From an uncultured Bacilli bacterium (lineage in GTDB: Bacteria > Bacillota_I > Bacilli_A > RF39 > UBA660): a stretch of 60,190 nucleotides of DNA. Location of the stretch: NCBI GenBank assembly GCA_944363925.1, contig CALVVS010000002.1, positions 1 through 60,190 of the forward strand, in the 5' to 3' direction. Positions 28,603 through 36,208 of this stretch are shown here, in pieces (within the stretch, counting starts at the first letter, position 1; each line of letters opens with the position of its first letter). The position numbers and the translations under genes are program-made. Under the pieces are notes generated by a model. The model had not been told where the DNA came from. It saw only the letters and a program-made list of their open reading frames with translations, and made no database searches.

Positions 28603-29505
28603 TTATCCCAAAGTATATGGGTTATTTTGGGAACCATTTCCACCAGTTATTTTGACCTCAGAGCTTAGATAGACGACCGGACGGACCGCAAAGGTAAAGT
28701 ACGCATCGTTGTAGCTGAAGCTGCCGTTGTAGTCGCTGACATCGAACACGTAGCTAGAGGTGCCGGAATAAGGCGACAACGTCCACCACCAGTTACTCGA
28801 ATAAAACATCCATGTGGTTCCTTTACATTGTGCAGAATTCCATATTTGCTGCACTGTACCACAGCTACTTTTATTACTATTACTTCTTACATATTCACTT
28901 GCCGTAACCAATGCTACTTTTCCGTTCCATTTGCTTGCTTTTTCATTTTTTATGGTATTTGCCATATTATTATCATTAGATGCTACTGCACCAATACTCC
29001 AATCTTTAGCTACTATTTGACTTTGAGCTGTACTATTTAATCTATTATAATATGTGCTATTCAAATATGTATTCAAACTTGCTGGTCTGGCCCAATTATT
29101 ACTATTAGAACTATCCCACACTCGATTTCCTATACTATTTATTCTCATTATCTTTATTGTTCCATCACACTCTATTGATACTATGCGCCAACCGGCTTTT
29201 TCATTATTGAAAGTTATATAGTTATTTGGATTTTTTCCTGTAAAGAAATACCTGCACTCATATGGGTCTTTTTCTAACCCCGCATCTTCGATTATTTGCT
29301 CACCTGCTGGTGGTTCTTTTGTACACTCAGTATAAAGTTCGTCTATAGCTCCTTTAACTGTCGTACTCGAAAGACCGCTTTCTGTATTATCATAACTTAC
29401 CTCATTTGAAGGAAATGTAACTGCCGCATATACTAATGTACCCATACATAAAATTACACCTACTATAAAACCAATTATATTTTTCTTTATATAATCTTTT
29501 TTCAT
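28603..29505 (-). CDS. DGR target (variable) protein; membrane-anchored/secreted, C-terminal VR-bearing ligand-binding domain (C-type-lectin-like fold inferred)
   Basis: N-terminal TM/signal segment. VR encodes LSPYSGTSSYVFDVSDYNGSFSYNDAYFTFAVRP near the C-terminus. The WWWTLSP...FAVRPV pattern is as in CLec/DUF1566-type DGR targets. Confidence 0.88.
   Translation of the reverse strand: MKKDYIKKNIIGFIVGVILCMGTLVYAAVTFPSNEVSYDNTESGLSSTTVKGAIDELYTECTKEPPAGEQIIEDAGLEKDPYECRYFFTGKNPNNYITFNNEKAGWRIVSIECDGTIKIMRINSIGNRVWDSSNSNNWARPASLNTYLNSTYYNRLNSTAQSQIVAKDWSIGAVASNDNNMANTIKNEKASKWNGKVALVTASEYVRSNSNKSSCGTVQQIWNSAQCKGTTWMFYSSNWWWTLSPYSGTSSYVFDVSDYNGSFSYNDAYFTFAVRPVVYLSSEVKITGGNGSQNNPYTLG
28677..28780 (-). 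repeat. DGR variable repeat (VR) with GC-rich IMH-like 3' end
   Basis: See the TR. The shared 3' GC-rich element (coding strand GCGGTCCGTCCGG) is followed by flanks that diverge between VR and TR. Confidence 0.93.
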
Positions 29506-29515
29506 GATACCCCTC

Positions 29516-29596
29516 CTAAATAAAATAGACTAAAAGAAGTGCTAAAACTAAACCTAACAAATAACTTTTCACAAACTCTTTTACTTTTCCTTTCAT
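29516..29596 (-). CDS. Possible 26-aa hydrophobic upstream peptide
   Basis: My translation: MKGKVKEFVKSYLLGLVLALLLVYFI. Its stop TAG overlaps the GGAGGGG RBS of the DGR target gene. No homology evidence. Confidence 0.25.
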   Translation of the reverse strand: MKGKVKEFVKSYLLGLVLALLLVYFI

Positions 29597-29771
29597 ACTA
29601 TTACACATCCTTCCTTCATAAAACCAAATTCATATACTTTTAAACAAATCGTTAAAATATAAGGTACAGCTAACTACAAATATTTATATAAAACAAAGCC
29701 AATTTATCTAACCACTACCATACTTCTTCATTTTTTTCACTCTCCTTATCTTATAATCACAGTATATCACA

Positions 29772-29919
29772 ATATAATCTTGCAGTAAATAGTTCGTGTG
29801 ATTATTTTGCAGTAAATAGTATCATACTTGACGAAGGGGGATAGTTAAATATGGTATTAAAGTTTGATAATCTCAAAGATTTACTAATATTTAATATTAA
29901 ATATTATCGGTACCAAAAT
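29772..29919. repeat. 148-bp direct repeat, left copy, flanking the IS
   Basis: Matches 31889-32036 with 4 mismatches (29853, 29862, 29886, 29913). Contains the XRE promoter/operator region and the first 23 codons. Confidence 0.92.
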
Positions 29920-29937
29920 CCGGAGTTTGACAGTTGA
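29851..29937 (+). pseudogene. Truncated 5' copy of the XRE regulator gene, running into the IS end
   Basis: MVLKFDNLKDLLIFNIKYYRYQN then IS-derived codons and a stop. Duplicate of 31968 onward. Confidence 0.7.
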
Positions 29938-31888
29938 GTGAAATTAATATAGATAGTTTGCCTTTATAGAATAAGGGTTTTATTTTGTCAAGTTTTTGGC
30001 ATTTTATGGTTGTATAATTTTGTATAATATGATAAAAGGTTATTAAGGTAGTGATGTTATGTTTATTAAAAAATGTAAATATTCAAATGGAAAAACTTTT
30101 TTATCAATTGTTCATGGTTATAAACAAGATGGTAAAGTTAAACATTTAACTATTAAAAAATTGGGCTACTTGGAAGATATTTTATTAGAACATGATGATA
30201 TAGATGCTTTTTTAAAAGAACAATTATTAAATTGTCAAAATGAATTTGATGTTGACAAAGGTATTTTTATTAAAAATGAAAAAATGGACTTTTCTAAACG
30301 ATATATATTTAATCTAGGTTACTCTATTTTAAAACAAATATACAATGAACTTGGTTTGAAAGAATTCTTTAAAGATAAACAGAAGAAACTAAAAATGAAT
30401 TATAATCTAAACTCTATTTTTGAACTCCTAATTTATTCTAGAATTTTATTTCCAGCTAGTAAAAATGAAACTTATAATAACAAAGATATATTTTTTGATA
30501 ATTTTGATTTTTCTTTAAAAGACTTATATCGTTCACTAGATTATTTTAATGGTTTCAAAGATGAACTTCAAACTCTACTTTGGAATAATACTAAAGATAA
30601 ATATAAAAGAGATGCTTCTACTTCTTACTATGACTGTACCAATTATTATTTTGAAATTTCATATAATGATGAAGATTTAATTGATGAAAATGGTAACATT
30701 TTAGAAAAAGGTTACAGAAAAAAAGGACCTTCTAAAGAACACAGACCTGAACCTATAATCGGTCTTGGCTTATTAATGGATAAAACTGGTATTCCACTTT
30801 CTTATAATTTGTTCCCGGGCAATCAAAGTGAAAAAATCACTTTAAGACCCACTTTAAAAAATACTAAGTCTAACTTTGGTATTGATAAAACTATTGTTGT
30901 GGCTGATAGAGGCCTAAATACTTCTGATAATATATTTTTCTTAGCTGGTAAAAATAATGACACATCAAACAAAGATGGTTATGTATATGGTCAAAATGTC
31001 CTTTCTTCTGACAAAGAATTTAAAGATTGGGTTTTAAATCAAGATGGATATATTACTGATATATTTACTGAAGATAATGAAGAAATACATTTTAAACATA
31101 AATCTAGAATTTATGCGAAAACTATTCAAATTGAAAGAAATGGTAAAAGGACAAATAAATATACTGTTTACCAAAAGCAAATGGTTTATTTTTCACAAAA
31201 ATATGCGGATAAACAAAAACGTGAACGTGATTTAGCTATAGCTAAAGCCAAAGATTTAATTAATAACCCAGGCAAATATACTAGAGCCACTTCTGTTGGA
31301 GCTGCCGGTTTTATAAACAATCTTTCCTTTGATAAAAATACTGGTGAGGTTATAGATAAAAATTTATCTTTAAACATCGATAAAATTAAAGATTTAGAAA
31401 GATTTGATGGTTATTATTCTATTGTTACTAGTGAAAAAGAACTATCAGACAAAGAAATAAGGGATATTTATAGTGGTTTATGGAAGATTGAAGAAACTTT
31501 TAAAATTACTAAAAGCGAACTTAAAACTAGACCTATTTATGTTTGGACTAAAGAACATATTGAAGCTCACTTTTTAACCTGTTTTATTTCTTTAGTTATA
31601 CTTAGATTACTTCAACAAAGAACAAATTACAAATATTCTACTAAAGAGCTTATCAAATCATTAAAAACTTTAAATGTTAGATATCAAAACGCAAACTATT
31701 ATCAACTATTAAACTATTCAAAACAAATTGATGATATTTCTCGTTGTTTTAATATTGATTTTTCAAATTCATTAATATCTAAGAAAAAAATTTCAAATTT
31801 ATTAAAATAATTTATATTATACAACCTATTCAAAATGAGTTAAGCCTTGTTTTTATTAGCTTAACTCTTTTTTACTGTCAAACTCAGG
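29920..31888 (+). mobile_element. IS1634-family (IS4-related) insertion sequence, about 1.97 kb
   Basis: Terminal inverted repeats CCGGAGTTTGACAGT (29920-29934) and ACTGTCAAACTCAGG (31874-31888), 14/15 complementary. Single DDE transposase ORF and long flanking direct repeats. Confidence 0.8.
30059..31810 (+). CDS. IS1634-family DDE transposase
   Basis: N-terminus MFIKKCKYSNGKTFLSIVHGYKQDGKVKH.TIKKLGYL is typical of IS1634 transposases. 583 aa; C-terminal Y..LW.IEE.F...K motif (YSGLWKIEETFKITKSEL). Confidence 0.8.
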   Translation: MFIKKCKYSNGKTFLSIVHGYKQDGKVKHLTIKKLGYLEDILLEHDDIDAFLKEQLLNCQNEFDVDKGIFIKNEKMDFSKRYIFNLGYSILKQIYNELGLKEFFKDKQKKLKMNYNLNSIFELLIYSRILFPASKNETYNNKDIFFDNFDFSLKDLYRSLDYFNGFKDELQTLLWNNTKDKYKRDASTSYYDCTNYYFEISYNDEDLIDENGNILEKGYRKKGPSKEHRPEPIIGLGLLMDKTGIPLSYNLFPGNQSEKITLRPTLKNTKSNFGIDKTIVVADRGLNTSDNIFFLAGKNNDTSNKDGYVYGQNVLSSDKEFKDWVLNQDGYITDIFTEDNEEIHFKHKSRIYAKTIQIERNGKRTNKYTVYQKQMVYFSQKYADKQKRERDLAIAKAKDLINNPGKYTRATSVGAAGFINNLSFDKNTGEVIDKNLSLNIDKIKDLERFDGYYSIVTSEKELSDKEIRDIYSGLWKIEETFKITKSELKTRPIYVWTKEHIEAHFLTCFISLVILRLLQQRTNYKYSTKELIKSLKTLNVRYQNANYYQLLNYSKQIDDISRCFNIDFSNSLISKKKISNLLK

Positions 31889-32036
31889 ATATAATCTTGC
31901 AGTAAATAGTTCGTGTGATTATTTTGCAGTAAATAGTATCATACTTGACGAAGGGGGATAGTTAAATATGATATTAAAATTTGATAATCTCAAAGATTTA
32001 CTGATATTTAATATTAAATATTATCGGTATCAAAAT
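31889..32036. repeat. 148-bp direct repeat, right copy
   Basis: See 29772-29919. Confidence 0.92.
31898..31937 (+). promoter_or_regulatory. Two direct 13-bp repeats TGCAGTAAATAGT (candidate operator) upstream of the XRE gene
   Basis: 31898-31910 and 31925-31937. The same pair occurs in the left copy at 29781-29793 and 29808-29820. Confidence 0.5.
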
Positions 32037-32261
32037 AACCTATCACAAGAAAAACTAGCTGAACTATGTTCACTATCATCTAGATATATAACAGATATAG
32101 AAAGAGGTTTGCACTGTCCGACAATTCCAAAATTAGAAATAATAGCTAAAGCTTTAAATATAAAGCCATATATCTTATTTCAAAATCCCCCAAGAAGCCA
32201 AGAAATAATTAACAAAATGCAAAGTACTAGACAATATAATCAAAGAAGAAAAAAACGTTAA
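31968..32261 (+). CDS. XRE-family helix-turn-helix transcriptional regulator
   Basis: HTH_3 pattern LSQEKLAELCSLSSRYITDIERG...P....L..IAKAL. Confidence 0.8.
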   Translation: MILKFDNLKDLLIFNIKYYRYQNNLSQEKLAELCSLSSRYITDIERGLHCPTIPKLEIIAKALNIKPYILFQNPPRSQEIINKMQSTRQYNQRRKKR

Positions 32262-32288
32262 ATTCATCTACACGAACTTAACGTTTTT
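32251..32288. terminator. Bidirectional terminator hairpin between the XRE gene and ATPase paralog B
   Basis: AAAAACGTTAA ... TTAACGTTTTT. A related sequence is seen again at about 34192-34222. Confidence 0.6.
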
Positions 32289-32303
32289 ATAATAAATATA
32301 TTC

Positions 32304-33569
32304 CTAATTTTTTAAACAAGTTATGGGCACAACATATACCCCATCTTCTCTTCTATATGCGTATTTAGTAGCCGTAAGTATCATCAAAAATGATGGTTTA
32401 TTCATTTCACTAGTATCTACAACATTAGAAAACTTTATCAAATTTTTAGCAGCCAATTCAATAGAATCATTGTTTCCTAACTTAATCTCGGCAGCACCCC
32501 ATCTGCCATCTTTTAGATGTACAATAGCATCACATTCTAACCCACTCTTATCGCGATAAAAAAACACATCACCATCTAAACTTTGAGCATAAACTTTTAA
32601 ATCTCTTAAACACAAAGCTTCAAAAATAAAGCCAAATGTTTTAAAATCTTTAAGTAAATCTTTATCAGTTGCCCTAAGTGCAGCTACTGCTATTGAAGGG
32701 TCAATAAAACATCTTTTTGCACTAGTTCTTATATCCGTTTTACTCCTAAGTTTAGGACACCACGCTTCCACATCATCAATTACATATAATTTAGATAAAG
32801 CATTTAAATAATCGACAATAGTCTTTTCAGAAATGGTAGAATCATTATAAAATGTATCATCTTTAATAGTAGCTAAACTCGCCGTTGTGCATATATTTCT
32901 AGATAAACTTCTAATAACCGTGCGAAGTCTATTAGGATTTCTCACAGTCCCATCAACAGTCTTAATATCATTTATAATTAAAGAATCTAAATAATCTCGT
33001 GGCACAATTAAAGCATCTCCCTTATTCAAATCGAGAGAACTTGGCCAGCCACCACGCGCACATAAATAAGCAATATCCTCAAGTTCTTTATTAGACACAC
33101 CTTTAATATCAATAACACTATCAAAAAGTTCACTTAAAGAAACACTGCCAGTAGAATCATTAGATTCATATAAACTCATAGGCCTCATAAGCAATCTGAT
33201 AATTCTACCAGTTCCACTGTGCATAGGTTCATCGTCTCTCGGAGTAATAGAACCAGTTAAAATATATTGATTTTTCAAACCAGTATTATCAACATCATAC
33301 CTAATTGCATCCCAAAGCATTGGAGCATCCTGCCACTCATCTATAAGTCTTGGCTTTTCACCTTCCAAAAGTAAATCAGGTCTCATATTTGCAATTTCTA
33401 AATTATTTTCTCTAGTTCTTGGATTTTGAAGTTCTAATACACTTTTAGCATATTGTTTAGCCGTTGTTGATTTACCACACCACTTAGGTCCAATAATTAA
33501 AACTGCACCATATATTTTCATCCTTTTTTCTAAAATATCATCAAGTAATCTAGGCATATATTTTTTCAT
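32304..33569 (-). CDS. AAA ATPase with DUF4143/PD-(D/E)XK-like C-terminal domain, paralog B
   Basis: GPKWCGKSTT, RLIDEW, ECDAIVHL...AAEIKLG. Confidence 0.75.
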   Translation of the reverse strand: MKKYMPRLLDDILEKRMKIYGAVLIIGPKWCGKSTTAKQYAKSVLELQNPRTRENNLEIANMRPDLLLEGEKPRLIDEWQDAPMLWDAIRYDVDNTGLKNQYILTGSITPRDDEPMHSGTGRIIRLLMRPMSLYESNDSTGSVSLSELFDSVIDIKGVSNKELEDIAYLCARGGWPSSLDLNKGDALIVPRDYLDSLIINDIKTVDGTVRNPNRLRTVIRSLSRNICTTASLATIKDDTFYNDSTISEKTIVDYLNALSKLYVIDDVEAWCPKLRSKTDIRTSAKRCFIDPSIAVAALRATDKDLLKDFKTFGFIFEALCLRDLKVYAQSLDGDVFFYRDKSGLECDAIVHLKDGRWGAAEIKLGNNDSIELAAKNLIKFSNVVDTSEMNKPSFLMILTATKYAYRREDGVYVVPITCLKN

Positions 33570-33621
33570 ATTAAACCTTCTTTCTAATTAATTATATCAC
33601 ATTTATTAAAAAAATAAACTC

Positions 33622-33684
33622 TACTTCCGAATTTGGCACTATTTTACTTCCGAATTTGGCATCATTTTACTTCTGAATTTGGCA
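33622..33684. repeat. Three direct repeats TACTTC(C/T)GAATTTGGCA at exact 23-bp spacing, upstream of ATPase paralog B
   Basis: 33622-33638, 33645-33661, 33668-33684. Same number, spacing and distance to the start codon as the paralog A repeats, but a different sequence. Confidence 0.9.
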
Positions 33685-33774
33685 AAGTCAAAAAAAGAAG
33701 TGCCACTATTTATTTAACACCTCACTATGACTACCAATATTTACTACAATTAATAATTTATTAGAATTTTATAA

Positions 33775-33978
33775 TTAATCATCAGATAATAACGCCTTTT
33801 TTAAATCTTCTACATTATCAAAACTTTTATACTCCTCAGGATACTTTTTAATATAAACAAGTTCTTTAGCAGCCTTTCCAAGTTCATCCTCAGTAAAATA
33901 TTGATATAATTCAAAATTCTCTTTTTCCTGAGCCCCTTTATCAATTTGAACATTTATAGAAGTTGTTAAATTAGACAT
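33775..33978 (-). pseudogene. Internally deleted RelB/DinJ-like antitoxin remnant
   Basis: Shares the N-terminus (SNLTTSINVQID versus ASLTSAINVNVD) and the C-terminus (ALLSDD) with 34498-34785 but lacks the RHH core. A YafQ 3' remnant (..GSHSEV) follows at about 33721-33750. Confidence 0.5.
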
Positions 33979-34228
33979 AATATCATCCCCTCATAACAAA
34001 TATATCAGTTTTCATATAATTTATCAAATATTTTATATAAAAATAATATGATTTTTAATATGTTCTATTATATAAAAATTCAAATTTTTTATCCACTCTA
34101 TAAATATTAATAAATAATTTAAATCTTATTTCGCATAATTTAATAAAACAAAATTCACATATTTAACAAAACGATAAAATATAATCAAAAAAGTTAAATT
34201 CAATTATACGAACTTAACTATAATAAAA

Positions 34229-34512
34229 CTATTTAAATAAATCACTATGACTACCAGTATTTACCATTACCAATATTAAATCTTTTTCATAATATTGATA
34301 AATCAATAACCAATCAGTTTCTATATGGCACTCACCACAATTTTGATAATATTTATCATCTTTCAATATATGGTTTTTATATTTTTAATCTAAATCTTCT
34401 TTTAAAGCCAACTTATCAACAATATCTAATAACTTTTCTATACTTTTTCTTTGTTTTAAAACCTTCTTTAAACTTTTTTTATTTTTTTGAATAAAAATCA
34501 ATCATCAGACAA
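34229..34512 (-). pseudogene. yafQ: YafQ/RelE-family toxin pseudogene (frameshift plus in-frame stop)
   Basis: My translation: ..KKSLKKVLKQRKSIEKLLDIVDKLALKEDLD*KYKNHILKDDKYYQNCGECHIETDWLLIYQYYEKDLILVMVNTGSHSDLFK. It has the YafQ hallmarks CHIEPDWLLIY and TGSHSDLF. The ATG overlapping the relB end is out of frame across a poly-A run. Confidence 0.65.
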
Positions 34513-34785
34513 TAAAGCTTCCTTTAAAGATTGTCGATTATCATAGCAAGGATACATATTAGGGTTTTCTATAATTTTTCTTGCCTCATCTAAAGCTCTC
34601 AATGTGTCTTTACTAGGCTTAGGATTAGTTATTTCAAAAGGTATACCATCTTTTTTTATAATTTGTACCAAAAACATATTAATAGCCGTACTCATATTAA
34701 GCCCTAAATCTTTTAAAATAGCAGTTGCCTCTTCTTTAACCTTAGTATCAACATTTACATTAATTGCACTTGTCAAACTAGCCAT
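34498..34785 (-). CDS. relB: RelB/DinJ-family type II antitoxin
   Basis: INVNVDTKVKEEATAILKDLGLNMSTAINMFLVQII ribbon-helix-helix pattern. Confidence 0.8.
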   Translation of the reverse strand: MASLTSAINVNVDTKVKEEATAILKDLGLNMSTAINMFLVQIIKKDGIPFEITNPKPSKDTLRALDEARKIIENPNMYPCYDNRQSLKEALLSDD

Positions 34786-34942
34786 ATAATCACTTCCTTT
34801 CGAAAATAATATAACATATCATCACGATATTGTTAACTAGATAACTACATAATATAAATATAATAACTACAAATATTATATGAAAAAAATTAAAATTATA
34901 TACAAAAAACATCTACATATTTTAAAAATAAAAAAAGAAACC

Positions 34943-36202
34943 CTATTTTTTTAGGATTTCCATAGCCTTACGCATCTTCATGTCATACTTAACAATATCA
35001 AGACCACCAAAAGCGTTTAAAAATTCATCTTCCTTCATTTGATATTTTTCAGCTAAATTCTTAGCTTCTTCTTTAGCCTCTTTATCATCAATTTCAATTT
35101 TTTCTTCTCTAGCAATCTCTTCAAGCATTAATCTATAAGTAATTCTCTTAATAGCTTCTGGTCTCATTTGATCTTTTAAAGCTTGTTCATCAGAATTTGT
35201 AAACTGATAAAACTGCTCAATAGTAATTCCTTGCATTTTCAAATGATCGGCATATTGCTGAACCATTCTATCTAACTCTTCACTAATCATTGCCTCAGGA
35301 ATATCTACTTTAACATCTTTAGCTGCGGTCTCAAGTAAATCATCCATATATTTATTCTCAGCTTCCATTTCCTTACGAGCTATAATATTTTCAGAAATTT
35401 GTGCTTCTAACTCCTCTTTAGTATTAATTCCTTCCATACCTAAATCTTCAAAGAAATCTTTATCTAACTCAGGAATTTTAACCTCTTTAACTTCGTGAAT
35501 AGTAACTTTAAAAATTGCCTCTTTTCCCTTTAAATCAGCAGCATGATAATCTTCTGGGAAAGTAACCTTAACATCCTTCTTATCCCCAGATTTTAAACCA
35601 ATTAATTGCTCTTCAAAACCAGGAATAAAAGTTCCACTTCCAATTTTTAAAGAATAATTCTCAGCCTTACCACCTTCAAAAGCTTTACCATCTACAAAAC
35701 CTTCAAAATCGATAACTGCTATATCCCCTGAAGCAATAGCTCCATCCTTCAAAACATCCTCCGCATATCTTTCGCGCATATGTTTAATAGCATCCTCAAT
35801 CTCCGCTTCTTCAGCTTTTACTTCATCCTTTTTAATTCCTAAACCTTTATATTTGCCAAGTTTAACCTCAGGTCTAGTAGTTAAAGTAAACTTAAAAGTA
35901 ATCTTTTCATCATCAACATATGTTAAAGCAATATCAGGACGTGCCACTAAATCTTTAACATCTGAAGCATGATCCGTCAATAACTTTTGATATGCCTTGT
36001 CAGCTGCCTCATCAGCTGCATCCATATATAATGATTGCTTTCCATAATGTTTAATAAATACATCCTTAGGCGCCTTTCCAGGCCTAAAACCATCAATTTT
36101 AGCTTTCTTATTGTTTTTCTTAAAAGCTTTATCTAAAGCCTCTTCCCACTCTTTTCCAACAATTTCAATTTCAACTTCTTTTTCACATTTTGCCATAATC
36201 AA
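34943..36202 (-). CDS. tig: Trigger factor
   Basis: GFRPGKAPK ribosome-binding loop and an FKBP-type PPIase block (DFEGFVDGKAFEGG...FIPGFEEQLIG). Confidence 0.93.
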   Translation of the reverse strand: MIMAKCEKEVEIEIVGKEWEEALDKAFKKNNKKAKIDGFRPGKAPKDVFIKHYGKQSLYMDAADEAADKAYQKLLTDHASDVKDLVARPDIALTYVDDEKITFKFTLTTRPEVKLGKYKGLGIKKDEVKAEEAEIEDAIKHMRERYAEDVLKDGAIASGDIAVIDFEGFVDGKAFEGGKAENYSLKIGSGTFIPGFEEQLIGLKSGDKKDVKVTFPEDYHAADLKGKEAIFKVTIHEVKEVKIPELDKDFFEDLGMEGINTKEELEAQISENIIARKEMEAENKYMDDLLETAAKDVKVDIPEAMISEELDRMVQQYADHLKMQGITIEQFYQFTNSDEQALKDQMRPEAIKRITYRLMLEEIAREEKIEIDDKEAKEEAKNLAEKYQMKEDEFLNAFGGLDIVKYDMKMRKAMEILKK

Positions 36203-36208
36203 ATCCTC

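Larger units (their letters stand above)
26205..29505 (-). mobile_element. Diversity-generating retroelement cassette (target/VR - TR - MutS-I-like ORF - avd - RT)
   Basis: See the component features. The TR/VR pair shows adenine-only mismatches. Confidence 0.93.

Noticed and set aside
28665-29040. Three tracked ORFs (28665-28862 minus; 28814-29020 and 28828-29040 plus) overlapping the DGR target gene
   Set aside because: They are alternative-frame or antisense artefacts inside a well-supported CDS. The locally raised GC content of the VR region removes stop codons.
29772-32036. The 148-bp flanking repeat read as an ordinary segmental duplication rather than an IS target duplication
   Set aside because: This is not fully rejected. 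The repeats abut the IS inverted repeats exactly, and IS1634-family elements are known for very long duplications, so target duplication is favoured. The 4 mismatches keep the alternative open.
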